A DNA stretch of 63,969 nucleotides, counting the filler, from Dirinaria sp. TL-2023a (lineage: Eukaryota): assembly GCA_051941275.1 (NCBI GenBank). It is 3 parts of 3 records of this genome, joined end to end, with 100 filler letters (N's around TTAATTAATTAA, not from the genome) between each part and the next. Parts side by side here need not be neighbours in the genome. Positions count along the whole stretch, not along the records: positions 1 to 21,587 come from JAVEBF010000251.1; 2 more parts are not named here. One strand, 5' to 3'. Under the pieces are notes generated by a model. That model was given only the letters and a program-made list of their open reading frames with translations, was not told the origin of the DNA and ran no database searches. The number at the start of each line of letters is the position of its first letter. Within the stretch, counting starts at the first letter, position 1. Positions 1 through 12,544 of the stretch are shown here, piece by piece. The position numbers and the translations under genes were made by a program.

Positions 1-78
1 CCCTAACCCTAACCCTAACCCTAACCCTAACCCTAACCCTAACCCTAACCCTAACCCTAACCCTAACCCTAACCCTAA
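1..78 (+). repeat. Telomeric repeat (CCCTAA)13, chromosome end
   Basis: 13 perfect CCCTAA units from base 1, the complement of the TTAGGG telomere repeat used by most filamentous ascomycetes. Confidence 0.98.
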
Positions 79-171
79 AACCATCGAGGGCTCGTTGAAA
101 TGCGATCGTCGAGCTCTACAACTTTCACATAGAAAACTTGGCGGCGTAGGAGCTGCTTGCTAGCAGAGTCC

Positions 172-277
172 AATTGGATTTAGACCCGAAAACGAATTGG
201 ATTTGGACCAGAAAGCGGCTATGACTCAGCAGTCCGGACCGATCGGAGTTGGCCCCGAATTGGATTTGGGCCCAAAA
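172..277 (+). repeat. Telomere-associated short imperfect direct repeats
   Basis: Three copies of an AATTGGATTT-led ~20-bp unit: AATTGGATTTAGACCCGAAAA (172), AATTGGATTTGGACCAGAAA (195), AATTGGATTTGGGCCCAAAA (258). Confidence 0.7.
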
Positions 278-1792
278 CCACTTGGAACTATGGTTAGAGC
301 CTATCTCTCCAAGCTCGGTGCAGGAAATCTTTTCTGACTATTTCGAGTTCAACCATGGTGTCTCACGCATTCGATGACTTATTAAAGCTCAGCGCAGGTC
401 CAAGATGTGATGCCGATAACTTTTTGTCTGTCGTTCGGACGAGATCTCTCCTCAGCTGAGCGTAGCCGCAAATCCAGGTCTCTTTATGTGAGATCTGAAT
501 CATCAAGCACAGCTCCAGTTGGCCTGCGAGTCCATGGCCCCTCTCTCTGCCAACGATTTAGTCATAGTCTCTCCACTCGTGTTCTCACTAATTTTGAAAC
601 CCCCTCTCCCTCGTCGTTGACATCGCGACAGTGTGCAAGAATATTTCGCTTCCCTCACTCGCGCGATCGTCAAAGTTTTGCTTCTGCTCGTTTCTATTAT
701 TCCACGCTCTCGGCGCTGACCACGATGCGTTTTGAGCCTTTCCGCCAGGACCGCGTTCGACATCATCGGGAGAATACGATATCGTATGGTGCGACGAGAA
801 GACTGGGGAAGTGCTGTAGATGAGTTGCTTCAGCGCATATGTGCCGATACGTCTCGGACCGATCCCTAGTCTGCGAGAAAGTTGCACTTAAATTTGATGA
901 AGATCGCAAACTCCCATCGCTGTCGAGGACATAAATGAGATAGAGAGGGCGACCACGCATCGGGTTTCAACATCGCAACGTAATTTGTGCAACGACGTTC
1001 AGATATTCTTTGAATCGAACCCTTCGAATAGCATTGTGGGCGGCCGCTGATGCCTTGGTAGACTTCGCTGTAAACCCGAGTACATCAGCAATTCATCGAC
1101 GATTAGGCGTGAAGAGAAGTGATCTTGGTGATAGCCATTCAGATTCAAGACGCTGCTTGGTTTGCCGATTGTGAAAGTCATAAGGAAGCGCTGCGGGAAA
1201 TTCATGCCGGAAACGTCGCTGACGTGCATGCTTGCACCATTGCTGGCAGCGGTAATAATCGTAGAAAGCTGAGATGGTCCTTGGCGGGGTGGCTGGAGAC
1301 TAAGTCAACAAGCTCACGAAAGCAGGCAGCGTCCTCAACTTCTGCCGCAAGTAATTGATGCCCTGTTATCTTTGAGTGTACTAGGTGGAGAGCTCACAAG
1401 CCATGATCCTTAGAGCCCCATTTACAATTGATTAGAGATTTGGATAGCGTCAAATAGGGAAAATCCAAACTGACCTTCTCCCATAATACTTCCAACCAAG
1501 TAATTTAGTACCACTATCGCTAAAAATTAAGACTCGCTCTACACCTCGAGCCTAGTCTAGATGGCGGCTAATGTTTTCCTAAGGTCCATTCGATCCCCAT
1601 TTACATTTGCTTGAGAGAATCAAGAATTAAAGAAAGTGAGTACAAAGGATATTTAGTTGGAAAGGAAAAAAATTGCAAGGTGTGTAATGATAAGTTGGAG
1701 GCGAATAGGGATACAGTGAATAATTATACAAGTTCTTGTAGGCAATGCACGCATTAGAACGCTCACAATAGGTGTCGTAGCAAAGGATGAGC

Positions 1793-4700
1793 TCAGAGAA
1801 CCCAGTCAAGTAACCAATCAGCCCTTACGTCCGGCGCCGGCTGCACAACCTCACACTTCCCCGTCCTGGTCAGATATGCCCCAGCATTACTGTACTGCAA
1901 GAGCCTCCCATAGCCCTGAACCTGCTTGATTGCATCATCACTGCACCCTGCTTCATCTTGAGGCAGCCAGATCACGGGCGCAGGCTCTCTTGTCACAGGG
2001 TCCTGGAAAGCCGCTTTCAACTCAGCTTCCCGCTCTTCGGGTGTCAGATCTGATAGTTCATCAGGATAGCCGGCGATGGAAGCTGCGATTTGATCCGCCA
2101 GTTGGCGGCGCCGTGACTTGTAGATCGATTCAGGAAGCCGTGCTTGAAACTTCGAAATCCTTGCTGTGATCTGCGTCTTAAGTAGCGAGAGTGTGCTGCG
2201 CGCATTTGCTGCTGTCACCACATCTGACATTGTCTCCGACCTAGGTGTTGCTAATCTGTTAGAGTCGCTAGTCTCTGGACCCGGCGCTAGTGTTGTCGGT
2301 GAAGTCGCATTACTCTCGTGCAATAGAGCCAGTCGCTGTTCCGCTTCGACCGCCGAGTCTTCCAATGAAACAGGTAGGAACTCGTACAGTGGACGTAAAT
2401 GGGATTCCATCACGATATGGAAGATAGCAGTCAGTATCAGGATCACAATCATGATAATGGCTTGCGACTTGCACGCGGCGTTGTTTCGGGAATCTCTAAC
2501 AAGGAAGAACAAGCCGATCAGCAGAACCTCGAGAACGTAAATGCCGGTGAAGAGCTGAGATATGGCATTGTTGAAGAGTAAGCCGTGGGTGTCAATCTTG
2601 TTGCGCTGGACGTAGTAGTAATTGTGTCTATAGGCTACCCAGAATAGGGCAAACACCATAGAAACGAATACAAGCATCAACGGGGAGATGACACAGTAGA
2701 TCAAGCCTAGAAACTACGTCAGCAGCAGCTCTGATGCAACACATAAGACCGAAAATTTTGAGCTGGAACAATCGATCGTAGACTGTGCATATATTGAATA
2801 GTTTCTTGGACGCAAAGACAATTCGACGTCTGAGACTCCAGAAATCGAGATTCTGCATCATTGGAAAACTAGTGACTTACCAATCACGGCATAATTTGTA
2901 TTCAAGGAATACACGTTTGCCCACATCTGGTGCGGGATGGTAGTTTGAAGCCATGCTTCTTGTCTCGGAGTCTGCGTGAACCAGGGCCAGATGGTGGTGA
3001 TGTACAGAACGCGCAAGTATTGGAACAAAACGCTCCCTAGACGACGACAATGTTTGCATTAGCCTTCTTTGAACCGCAACTCGTGCACAGAAGCCAGTGA
3101 TGACACTTCGAGAGCTTTACACGTTGCCCTGTTTCAATTTTCGCTGACAACATGGTCGGATTGGGATGATTTCTATTAGACAAAGACAGAACAGAGCAAC
3201 TTACCGCCCCAGCCAAGCGCTTGAATAATCAGATAGTTGAAAAAGTAGTTGGCGGCTTTAGGTAGGTTGGTCGCAAGAATTGTAGGAATATTGACTGGAT
3301 TGGCAATAATGGTGGGAATTATAGTCACAACGCCAGAAGAGATCGAAGTGACCAGAACGAGTTCGAAGAAGAGAAAGGTGAAGTAAAAGCCTTGTGTGAC
3401 GAGTTCTCGTCTGGTGCGTGTAGGTGTGCCAACAAGCACTGCCAGCTTCCTAAGGAGTGCGGGTACGACGAGCTGAATGAACAGAGCCAGTAGAATAGAA
3501 TTCAGAGGACCTATCATTGGTCAGCTTGAGTTCGCGGTAGTACGCTAACCAAATTTACCTGATATGATGCTGATGATCCAGGAAGGCCAGTGGCGCAACC
3601 AATGAAGCCATTTTGTTGAGGATCTGAGACTTCCAAGCTGAGACAGGAACCCCAGAAAAGTAACGGGTAGGCCCCAAAGAAACAGTATTGTGGCAAACAA
3701 CAGAAGGGCAAAACATATCCTGATCAAACGCCCACGAGATGTAAGGCCCATGTTCTGCCATAAGACCTCATGCGGGGCAACCTCCAAATAACGGGGAGAC
3801 ATTCGACCAGGCTTTTGGTGGCTGACAAGACTGCACGCCATGTGGGCAGCCATCTGCCGATCAAACTGAACGAAGGCAGAATTCTGTTGCTTGAAACGGG
3901 CATCATCGTCAAGGTCCTCCAGGAGCTCATCTATCTTCACTGTAAGTCGCGCAATCTCCGAGCGTAGCCAAGCGATTTTAGGTACTGTCCTTTCGCCACG
4001 AGACCAGAACTTGATCATCGATACTGGTTTCCAACCGCGATTCTTGTCTTGGACCAGGGAAATTCGCCCAGCTTTCGACGGTTTCAGGTATTTACGCCAT
4101 AGTTCTGTCTCCCTTGCACTATCGTTGTCAAACGCCGCTGAGATGATGGATAAAGAGTCTAATTCGGAATCCTTTGGGGTATCATAAGCGGGAGTATGAG
4201 GCTGATCAGGAGTGCTCTCCCCTTCTCGTTTTGGGGAAGCTACTCCTTGGTTCTTTTGGCGTTCCTTGTTGACTAGCCTGAGGAGTCTTAGCTCTGCTTT
4301 CTCTAGCGTATGACGAAGCTTCTGGCGATGGGCTGCTAGACTTTTCAACAGCCCATAATCTCTGTTCATCCAGATGGTCAACTTGCTACGATCGTCATTG
4401 TCAACGAAGACATCGAAAAGCGCCTCTAATGCGTCTTTTTTTCTGTATTCATTCGGAATGTTGGTGATAAGAACCGTCCTTGCCGAAGCCTTCAGTCTGT
4501 GTTCTGGAGATGTTAGAAAGCGCTGTCGCACATCAATGAAGTTCAGTTTCTCGCGATATATTCTGTAGAGGGTCCATGAGATCGCAAGCATCGCACAGAC
4601 AAGGTGAGCCCAATAGCGATTGGTTTTGTCAGGTGCAACATTCTGCCACGAGAGCGTGTCGAGGCCGGTGACGTTGGATGCCACGTATCGCCCGCCTATC

Positions 4701-5231
4701 TCTACGGCCCTATTGTCCCTTCCACCATGATAGTTGAGCGGTAGCAGAATAGACACGATAATGCACATTAGTGGCACAAATATGAGGATCATCGCTCGAA
4801 CGAGGCGGATAAAAAAGTATCCGTCTAGGCCGCATTTCGCCTTGAGTTCCTCGTCCTTGATGGTCAAGATCCTTTGAAGCCACTTGAGAAGATTTGTTGG
4901 GATTGCCTCCACACGGAGCCTATCTTGTACCAAGTATGTCTTTGGTTGGCTAGAGAATCGACATCAGTAAGTGCCATGAAGGTTAAGCAATCACCTAAGT
5001 GATGCTTTTCCGTCGAACGCCGTTTGGGTCCGGGAGCACGTACTAAATCCTTCGTCCGATCGCCGCACTCTTCAGGATGAGGAACCCCAATACTTCCAAA
5101 ACGAAAAGAATGAGACCAACAGCAAGATTGACAATGAAAGCCTTGATGGCAATGCCCTCAGTGTTCTGGCCCACGCCGGCGCCTGCGTTTATCAGATCTA
5201 CCAGCCCAGTATCGTTGGTTAGGTTCGCCAT
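1793..5231 (-). CDS. CSC1/OSCA (RSN1/PHM7/DUF221-type) calcium-permeable stress-gated channel, 5 exons
   Basis: ORFs 5043-5231, 3545-4933, 3176-3517, an exon near 2880-3037 and 1793-2704 join through GT-AG introns (GTACGT, GTAAAT, GTAAGT, GTAAGT donors). Family motifs seen: IYQPKTYL, GLDGYFFIR, SARTVLITNIP, SAFVQF, APHEVLWQN, LATNLPKAANYF, YCVISPL, DTHGLLF, FQDPV..PAPVIWLPQDEAG. Confidence 0.92.
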
Positions 5232-5542
5232 CCTGGCTCGACCGTGTCCTCACTACGATCAGGTGTTTCATAGTTTTATACGTTGGATGCCATCTAAGAA
5301 ATAGCAGCGACAACACATTTCGGTGATGTATCTGGGTTGTTGATCTTTCGAGGAAATTAATATTGCCAAACACGAAATCTCCGGGCGCTAAAGTAGACAC
5401 TTGGCAGCCGTCTATGACGTCATTGGTGATCTGTCCATAAGATATCGTACCTTACGATGAGGACAAGTAATAACCCTAAGTCGAATTCCATTTACGTTGA
5501 GATCAACGACAACCAGAGCAGCATCGCTAAGTATTAATATTT

Positions 5543-6082
5543 GGGGACCTCTAATCGTACCCGTGTTTGGCTAATCGTACCCGCCAAGCCATCAACCCTA
5601 AGAAATTCTCAGGGTTACTACAGGGTTATTATCAAGCACACACAAGTTAGATAAAGATTCCAACATCCACACATCTTCTGCATCTACATTTTTTAAATTG
5701 CTTCATCATCATGAAACGATCGTTTTCTTCATTAATTGCAGAGAACTATGTGTTCACTGAGTTCGCGATAGCGATGAATTTTTCGTCAATTGATAACGTG
5801 AGATATGCAACAGATGCGGAGTTGCTTCGCGCGATTATTAAAAACTCTGCGAAGTTCTCCCAAGAAATCAAGAATAAGATATAGTTACGATGCACACGAG
5901 ATGTGAAACATTGAAGAAGATGTAGATGAAGAAGATGTAGATGTAGAAAATGTGTGGATGTTGAAAATCTTTATCTAACTTGTGTGTGCTTGGTAATAAC
6001 CCTGCAGCAACCCTGAGAATTTCTTAGGGTTCATGGCTTGGCGGGTACGATTAGCCAAACACGGGTACGATTAGAGGCCCCC
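5543..6082. mobile_element. Non-autonomous DNA transposon (MITE-like), 540 bp, ~147-bp terminal inverted repeats, 8-bp TSD
   Basis: 5543-5689 (GGGGACCTCTAATCGTACCCGTGTTTGGCTAATCGTACCCGCCAAGCC...) is the near-perfect reverse complement of 5935-6082 (...GGCTTGGCGGGTACGATTAGCCAAACACGGGTACGATTAGAGGCCCCC). TAATATTT flanks both ends (5535-5542 and 6083-6090). No transposase ORF inside. Confidence 0.92.
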
Positions 6083-7303
6083 TAATATTTTTGCCCTATT
6101 TTTTTGCTTTATGTCTTCTGTTGCTCTCAATCCCTCCTTTGAGTCGCAAATACCCCTTTGACGTGGTCAACTTGGGGTGCGGAAGCTGCAGACAATAATT
6201 CGTGAATGTGGCAGAGGATCTGAAGTGACTAGTGAAAGCAGCGATTGAGTACTCAAGGCAGCGGTGAGTTTGGAGATGAGGATAAGGACTCATGCGAAGC
6301 AGAAGACATTAAACTTGTCGGAGTAAAATTGCCTTACCTGAAAACATCTCTTTGTCATTCGCTGATTGCGGAAGCTGAAAAGACCATTTTGAAACGCATG
6401 GACCAGTTCCTGTGATGCGCCAGAATTTAGGTCATCCCCCTTTTCTTAATTCCTACTTCCTAGCAGTCTGGTATGTGTCAGAGATAGGCTTAGGATAGCT
6501 TGAAAAGATTAAGGTACTTGTAATATGTATATTCGATCGCATTGATTTTCTCGAAGAGCAAAACGTAAGATACAATATGCTCCGCAGCCTGCTTCTTCAT
6601 TCCCCGAATTTCTCTTCGTCTTCCTCAAGAAAAAGCCAGCACGCCTGCGCCATCGAAACAAAGCGACTCTGAAGGCAGAAAACCGCCGCAAGCGCTCAGA
6701 GCGAGCAAATTTCCGGACCTGAGAAGATTTTGTTGAAGCTGTATTATTGAAGAGTGATGAACGTGGTACGGCAGAGGATGCAAAGGAATTGATCTTCGAT
6801 CAAAAGCTGTTAGTGCTAATTCTAATAGCGAATGAGATCAACGCCGTTGGGAATGAAATATCGAGGATTGCGGGCAAACAGACTACGTTAGAGAGCTGCA
6901 CGACAGAGATGCCGCTACAGAGACGAGCTTAGAGTTGACGGAAGATACAGCATTCCTCAACAGCGTTAGCGGAACCGACTTAGCTGCTACTTCTCACCTT
7001 CTGACGCTTTCTTCCTCTGAAATTCTGCGTTCTCTTGTGTCGCATCCTCGACCGTCTTGGTCTTTCTTCCTCTGCCTCTTCATCTCGTTCGCCTTTTTGC
7101 AGTGCATCACCGTCTCAATGAGGGAAAATGGTAGGGGCAGGAGACGAAAGAACTAATATTTATTCTCCCTACCATCATGTGGCGATCACTGATTGTCACT
7201 TGCACGGGCTGCGTCTTTACCACTTGTCTGGCTTAGGATGGCGCAATGCTTTACAAATGTACTCTATGGTTACCGATACTGTACCCGTCCGTCTTGCTTT
7301 CGC

Positions 7304-8390
7304 TCATCTCACTATCACTCTGGCCACTGGTATCTCTTCGTTTTCTACCTCGACGTCTACCTCTTCCTCCTTGTTGAAGTTCTCCAGGAGGTGAGCGACT
7401 TCTGTCGCCATCGCATTCTCCGACTCTTCACTTTTATGCTCCACCCCATCGAATAATCCCTCCTCGAAGACTCCTTCCGCAATTTCATAGTCGCCTATGT
7501 ATTTCGCTATTGGCTTCAGGGTACTCTTGCGGAAATAAGATCCCGCACTGGCCAACATCTTTGAGCCGGGGCATTTACTTTTAATATCTCCGGTATCTCC
7601 ATATGCCATCATGCGCAGGACGCTCGTGACATAATGCCAGTATAGATATCGAATTCCTGGTCTGCCGTTACCCAGAAATTACCCAGAAATTGTAGCTCTT
7701 CTCCATCGTACGATCCGTAAGTTCGCTCAGGAGTTTCTGGGATTGGCTGGCTCATCAAGGCTGTGTCCAGTATCCGGAGTTTTAGTCGTTGAGGCGATCC
7801 TGGCGGCGTGTCGATAGGTACGATCACCAACTCTCCTCTATCTAATCTCTCTTCGAAAGACTTTGACATCAAAATACCATTTTTGAGATGCCAGATATGA
7901 GACTTCCCCGCTGCGAAGTCGCCTTTATCTCCCACTTGCCACGCTACATTTTCGTAGCCCATAAAAAAAGGTATTATGTGAGCGGCAATTCTCTCTCCTC
8001 CCACAGTCGACCAACGCTCTAGTATTGAACACCATTTCTCTTTAACTTTCTTAGGCCTTTCGCCTGGAGTTTGCACGATGGCCTTCCTTCGGGTGGAGCC
8101 TTGATAGAATTCGAGATCTCTCTTCCAGCTGTCATGCGGCTTTTGGTCTCCGACATGCAGTTTTGTAGCGTGGGATATTCTAAAGCTGTTTGTGATTTCT
8201 GCCGTACAGGCTTCCAGCCCCGCATTCTCTTTGCTTCCCCGTTTTGTTACCAGTCCTTCTCCTGACGGTCGAATCTGTCATGGACATCGCGGCCTTCTTG
8301 CTTCCTGCGCTTTCGATACAGTTCGTGAAGTTGCGACTACAGCTCCTCGTGACCTCATTCAATCGTCTTCGAATAATTTCAGTAACCCAT
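7304..8390 (-). pseudogene. Decayed fungal HNH-endonuclease (HNH_2-like) gene
   Basis: Motifs WCSIL...IAAHIIPF...NGILMSKSFEERLDRGELVIVP...LKLRILD...DGEELQF, then in a shifted frame GRPGIRYLYWHYVTSVLR leading into ORF 7304-7612. The shift comes from an 11-bp tandem duplication ACCCAGAAATT (7670-7680/7681-7691). Upstream there are in-frame stops at 8337-8339 and 8247-8249 and another frameshift near 8220. Confidence 0.75.
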
Positions 8391-10222
8391 GACTAGCTTT
8401 GGTGTACTGTTCGGATGAGACTTTTGTGCCAAGATCAAGGATCGATAGGAGAAACGTGGGAGGCCATTCTTATGCTGTGGAAGTATTGTGGCGTCCAAAG
8501 ATGGAGAAAGAGCCGGGTCGCATCTGCTGCCTTGTCCACCGCACCCAGCCTGTCCTCCATGGCTCCGCTTGATCTGCTGACACAGCCACCAATTGATCTG
8601 ACGCCTTGCGCGAGACGTACTGACTAGATTGACGACTATCATATACCATTATTATGACGACGCTAGGGTGTAAAACTTGTTGGCGAACGGCGAATGCTTC
8701 GATGCTTCGTTTGACTGTCTGCCTGAGATTCTGCCGCCGCCTAGATTCGTGTCCGAAAGTCCTGGTGGGGCTTTTAACCAATACCCAAATAAGTGAAGCT
8801 AGAAAGTCTATCGGAAGAAAAGTGTAGGTGCGTGAGGAGGGAGGCGGTGTGGAAAACGGTCATCTGCGCGTTGACGTTAGCCATCTCAGTCGAAGCTTCT
8901 GAAGCCGAACTTTACGCATTCTAGACTGCTTACTACGCAGCCATATCGATCGCCATAGGTGTTGCAAATATCAAATGCGTAGCGAAATGGTTGATGCGGT
9001 TAGACTTGAGGATGGCATTGAAGGCGTTGGAGGCTGCGAAGGCAGAGAAGCCATCGACTTCCGACGGTTTGACAATCTTGCGGCAAGTACGACCCTCATA
9101 GCACCGATCGACCTTCTTGGGCTACCCTTTCCCAAGACGCAGCCAAAATTTCAGGAGGTATAACGAGTGCGAGCTCAATTGCATTGCGGTGCGCAACGCG
9201 ACATACAATTCTTTCTGTAGCAAGACAGGATGAGGCTCTCGTCGGATCAGATCGTCAGAGTCTCTGCCGGTGCGGGCCGAGGTGGCCGGCCAATCATATT
9301 AGCAGCGCTAGCAGGGGCGAAGCCGCTTCGGCCCGCCTTTGGATTAATGATGGCCCGGCCCCCAAAAACCTCCTGATCAACGAAACCTCGTGTACAAATT
9401 CAGGCACTAATTCAGGAGAGCCAACGTCACTTCTGGCTTTCGTTATCTCGTGCTATGAAGCGCTCGACATAGAATATGTCCTAAGAGCTCTAAGCTTCTG
9501 GATCTACAGCTCTTTCTGCTTGATTCCGCTCGCACAACGCGCGATGACATCTATTTGTCTCAGACGGCGACGATATCAGCGAACGATTACGACGGATGTC
9601 TCAAGAAGTCTGAGGTCGGTGCAGAGCTCACAGAGTAGAATTCGTTGAGCTTACATGCAGAGCACTGGGGCATCTCATACTTGAAGTATATGATACGAAG
9701 AGTAAAGTAGAGTTGAAGGAATTCGAATCGATGTTATGTTTCTTCAATGTTTAATTTGACCATGCGAATGTAACATTCACTGCGTGAAGCAGAATACCGT
9801 TGATAAATAAGCTGCTTTTGTTTAGCAATCTAAGCTTACATGAACCTCAATTTCTGCCACTATCGAGCAGATTATGCGTATTCCGAGGACAAGAGGAAGA
9901 CACCAATCAACAATCAACATCGATGTCTGGCGGCTCGGCTAGAATGACAGGAAAGTCAAGAACAACAAGACTCGGAATCGAATACCCGACCATCATGGGA
10001 ATGATGACATACCTAGCTCAGACTTGAGCGTGCGGGTGATAGAGTGTCTCTAAGCTAGGATCATCAGGTAACAACTCCCATCTGGATATCTCGATTCATC
10101 TTCGGCATAGAAAGCTATTATGCAACGTCAGCTCCCCAATCTCCCATGGTTTGAGCATGACAAACCTGAGTACTTTCAACAGGGGATTGTGTCCTTCCAC
10201 TATCTGACGACTAACCCTCTCG

Positions 10223-11497
10223 TTACTGAATGCGCTGCTTCTTCGCCTTGCCTCTATCATCTAGTTCGTAGAACTCGATATCCTGATCCTTACCGCGGTC
10301 TGCCCGAGTGACCTTCAGATTCCCTTGCGGCTGAACAATGATGCCTCCGCAGCATCGACAGTCGAGTACTCTTTTCCTGTGGATGCCCCCAAGACGTTTG
10401 AAAGTGCAGCCACTTACTGGAAAGTGCATGCACGGGTGCTGTCTCGCCAGCATCTCCCTCACCACCCTCCAGTCCGACCAGTATATGTTAGGGTTCTCGC
10501 CTGGCGCCACAGCGGGTCGAAGTATCGACATGTCGGCATCTCCTCGATACGGCAATTCGACTCTGGCGAAAAAATTGACCCCCATTCTTCTGACTTTCCA
10601 ATCGAAACATTGAGCGCATTGCCAACTCTCCAGATCAACATTGTTGCAGGTGCAGGTATTCACGCCCTCGGGGTATTGACGCATAAGTTGCGTCTCGTGA
10701 TACCGGCACGGCGGGACTTTGTGACACTTGTCAAAGTTTGCACGATCATGTAGCTGCCACCACGTCTTCGTGCCTCGGAAATGGTCTTCGCAGATGTAGG
10801 CTATGTCGTGAGGGGTCTGGCCTACTGTTCCGCAGCAGGATAGCCCGAGATTGCCGTGCCCTTGGCAATTCCGTATACGCCCTTGATACGGCAGACCGGC
10901 TCCCTTACGGTTATTTGGGCAGGGAATGGAAGGTCCAGGCAATTGAGCCCCATTGAACACCGCTCCAGGAGGATGAGATTTCTCGGTGCATGGGTACTGC
11001 CACAAAGCAAGTGTTAGGTTGTTGTGGGACCGCGGATCCAAGGGGTTTTGAGTAAGACCAGCTGAATTGAGCGCAGCGACACCCGCTGGAAAATCGCCGA
11101 CGTATGCAGATATCATGTCGCGAACTTCCACAGGCAACCGTGTCATTGTTCCCCACTGGTTCGCGGCCGTGGGAAGCCGTGGCGGATCGATTTTGGTCGG
11201 GCGGACAGTGAAAATTCGTCGAGGTGGATCGGCGATGCGCGGCATGCCTTGATGAGTAGGATCTGGTTGACGGATGGCCAGAACGAACGCTCTATAGTGA
11301 AACACATCGGTGGCATCGCCGAGCCTAAGCCTGTGAAAGCACTCAAAACACAGGCATCTACATGGCCCTCCTGGCGTGTGGCCGAAAGGACAAGGACCAT
11401 TCCAACCATCGTGGCCACGCCATCTTATAGGGTAATCGCTCACGAAATCATAGATGCCACTGGAATCATAGCGCGACATTGGTGAATTTGCCGCCAT
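10223..11497 (-). CDS. Hypothetical 424-aa Cys/His-rich protein with an F-box-like motif
   Basis: Long intact ORF. TRLPVEVRDMISAYV resembles the F-box LPxE..xI..Y core. Many CxxC/CxxH pairs follow (CEDH, CRYH, CTC, CAQC, CRCC), plus an N-terminal CPFGH...CRCLCFECFH. Confidence 0.65.
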   Translation of the reverse strand: MAANSPMSRYDSSGIYDFVSDYPIRWRGHDGWNGPCPFGHTPGGPCRCLCFECFHRLRLGDATDVFHYRAFVLAIRQPDPTHQGMPRIADPPRRIFTVRPTKIDPPRLPTAANQWGTMTRLPVEVRDMISAYVGDFPAGVAALNSAGLTQNPLDPRSHNNLTLALWQYPCTEKSHPPGAVFNGAQLPGPSIPCPNNRKGAGLPYQGRIRNCQGHGNLGLSCCGTVGQTPHDIAYICEDHFRGTKTWWQLHDRANFDKCHKVPPCRYHETQLMRQYPEGVNTCTCNNVDLESWQCAQCFDWKVRRMGVNFFARVELPYRGDADMSILRPAVAPGENPNIYWSDWRVVREMLARQHPCMHFPVSGCTFKRLGGIHRKRVLDCRCCGGIIVQPQGNLKVTRADRGKDQDIEFYELDDRGKAKKQRIQ

Positions 11498-12544
11498 CGA
11501 TGCTATCCGATTTCTTTTCCTTCCTCAATCAAGGATTTGTTGAGATGAAGTGATATCGAGCGCGTTGGATTTGCATCACGCTAAACGTTCTCCGCTTTGG
11601 ATTTTTGGGACATTTAGTCTGACAAATGTGTGAAGTTCTTTCTTTGTGCGGCTAATAGTGTTATCTCTCTTCAAGTGATTGCTGTTGTGCTTTTCGATAC
11701 GGAACAGTCGTTTGCAGCATTTTTCATATGAAGGGAATGGTCAACAAAGAATGTCGGATGGAACGCAAGATTTTTCTTGCAACATCGACTTAAGCGGTTT
11801 TTTTGAAAGGATAGAACATGACCGCTGACCAATACTTCAACATAAATAAAGAAAGAAATTAATCTGGATGTATATTTGTGGCCCGGCGCTATGAAGATGT
11901 AACATATGCTTAGGAAATTAGCCACTAGTAACTTATGATGTCTCCCTGCATTCTGTTAGCGATTTGGAAATTTGTTATTGGCTTCAAACTAGTTTGAGAC
12001 TCCAAAGTCGCATGCTGCATGCTGGGAGGCCTTCAAGGCAAAATCATTCAGCAGCACGTCATTTTAGAGCTTGGAGGCAAGATTGAGAATAGCATGCAAT
12101 GACTTTTAGACACATTTTCTAGAAATGTACTTCGTGGAGCCCATGTCAAGCTCTATTATAGACACTATGTCTATCCTCATTGTTTAGGCTGGCTAAAGGG
12201 GAGCCTTCGTCACTTTCCACCTCCGTAAGACGTTCTTGCTGGTTTCCTTATGACTCGAGCCGTACCTTTCTTATTTATAGGAATGCGCTTAGTCGCAGAT
12301 CCTTTCAAGCCCTAGTTTCCCAATGTCAGCATCAAGCTTAAAATTTTTTCCGAGCTGGGTTCTCCGCATGGTAAGACTCTATCTCTATGGCTCTCCTTGG
12401 AGGGGGTTGAGCATTCAGTATGATTTACCCCGCTTGAAGCTGATGCAGCCGCATTGTCGTTGATACCAGCTGATGATAAATTTTTTCCGGAGTCGTTCTT
12501 CCCAATGCTCGTCGTAGATCGTTCAGGAGCGCCCGATTCAGAGT

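Noticed and set aside
9455..9754. 100-codon frame with six internal stops as a RIP-destroyed gene
   Set aside because: Any stop can be explained as C-to-T and no domain is recognisable, so the evidence is insufficient.
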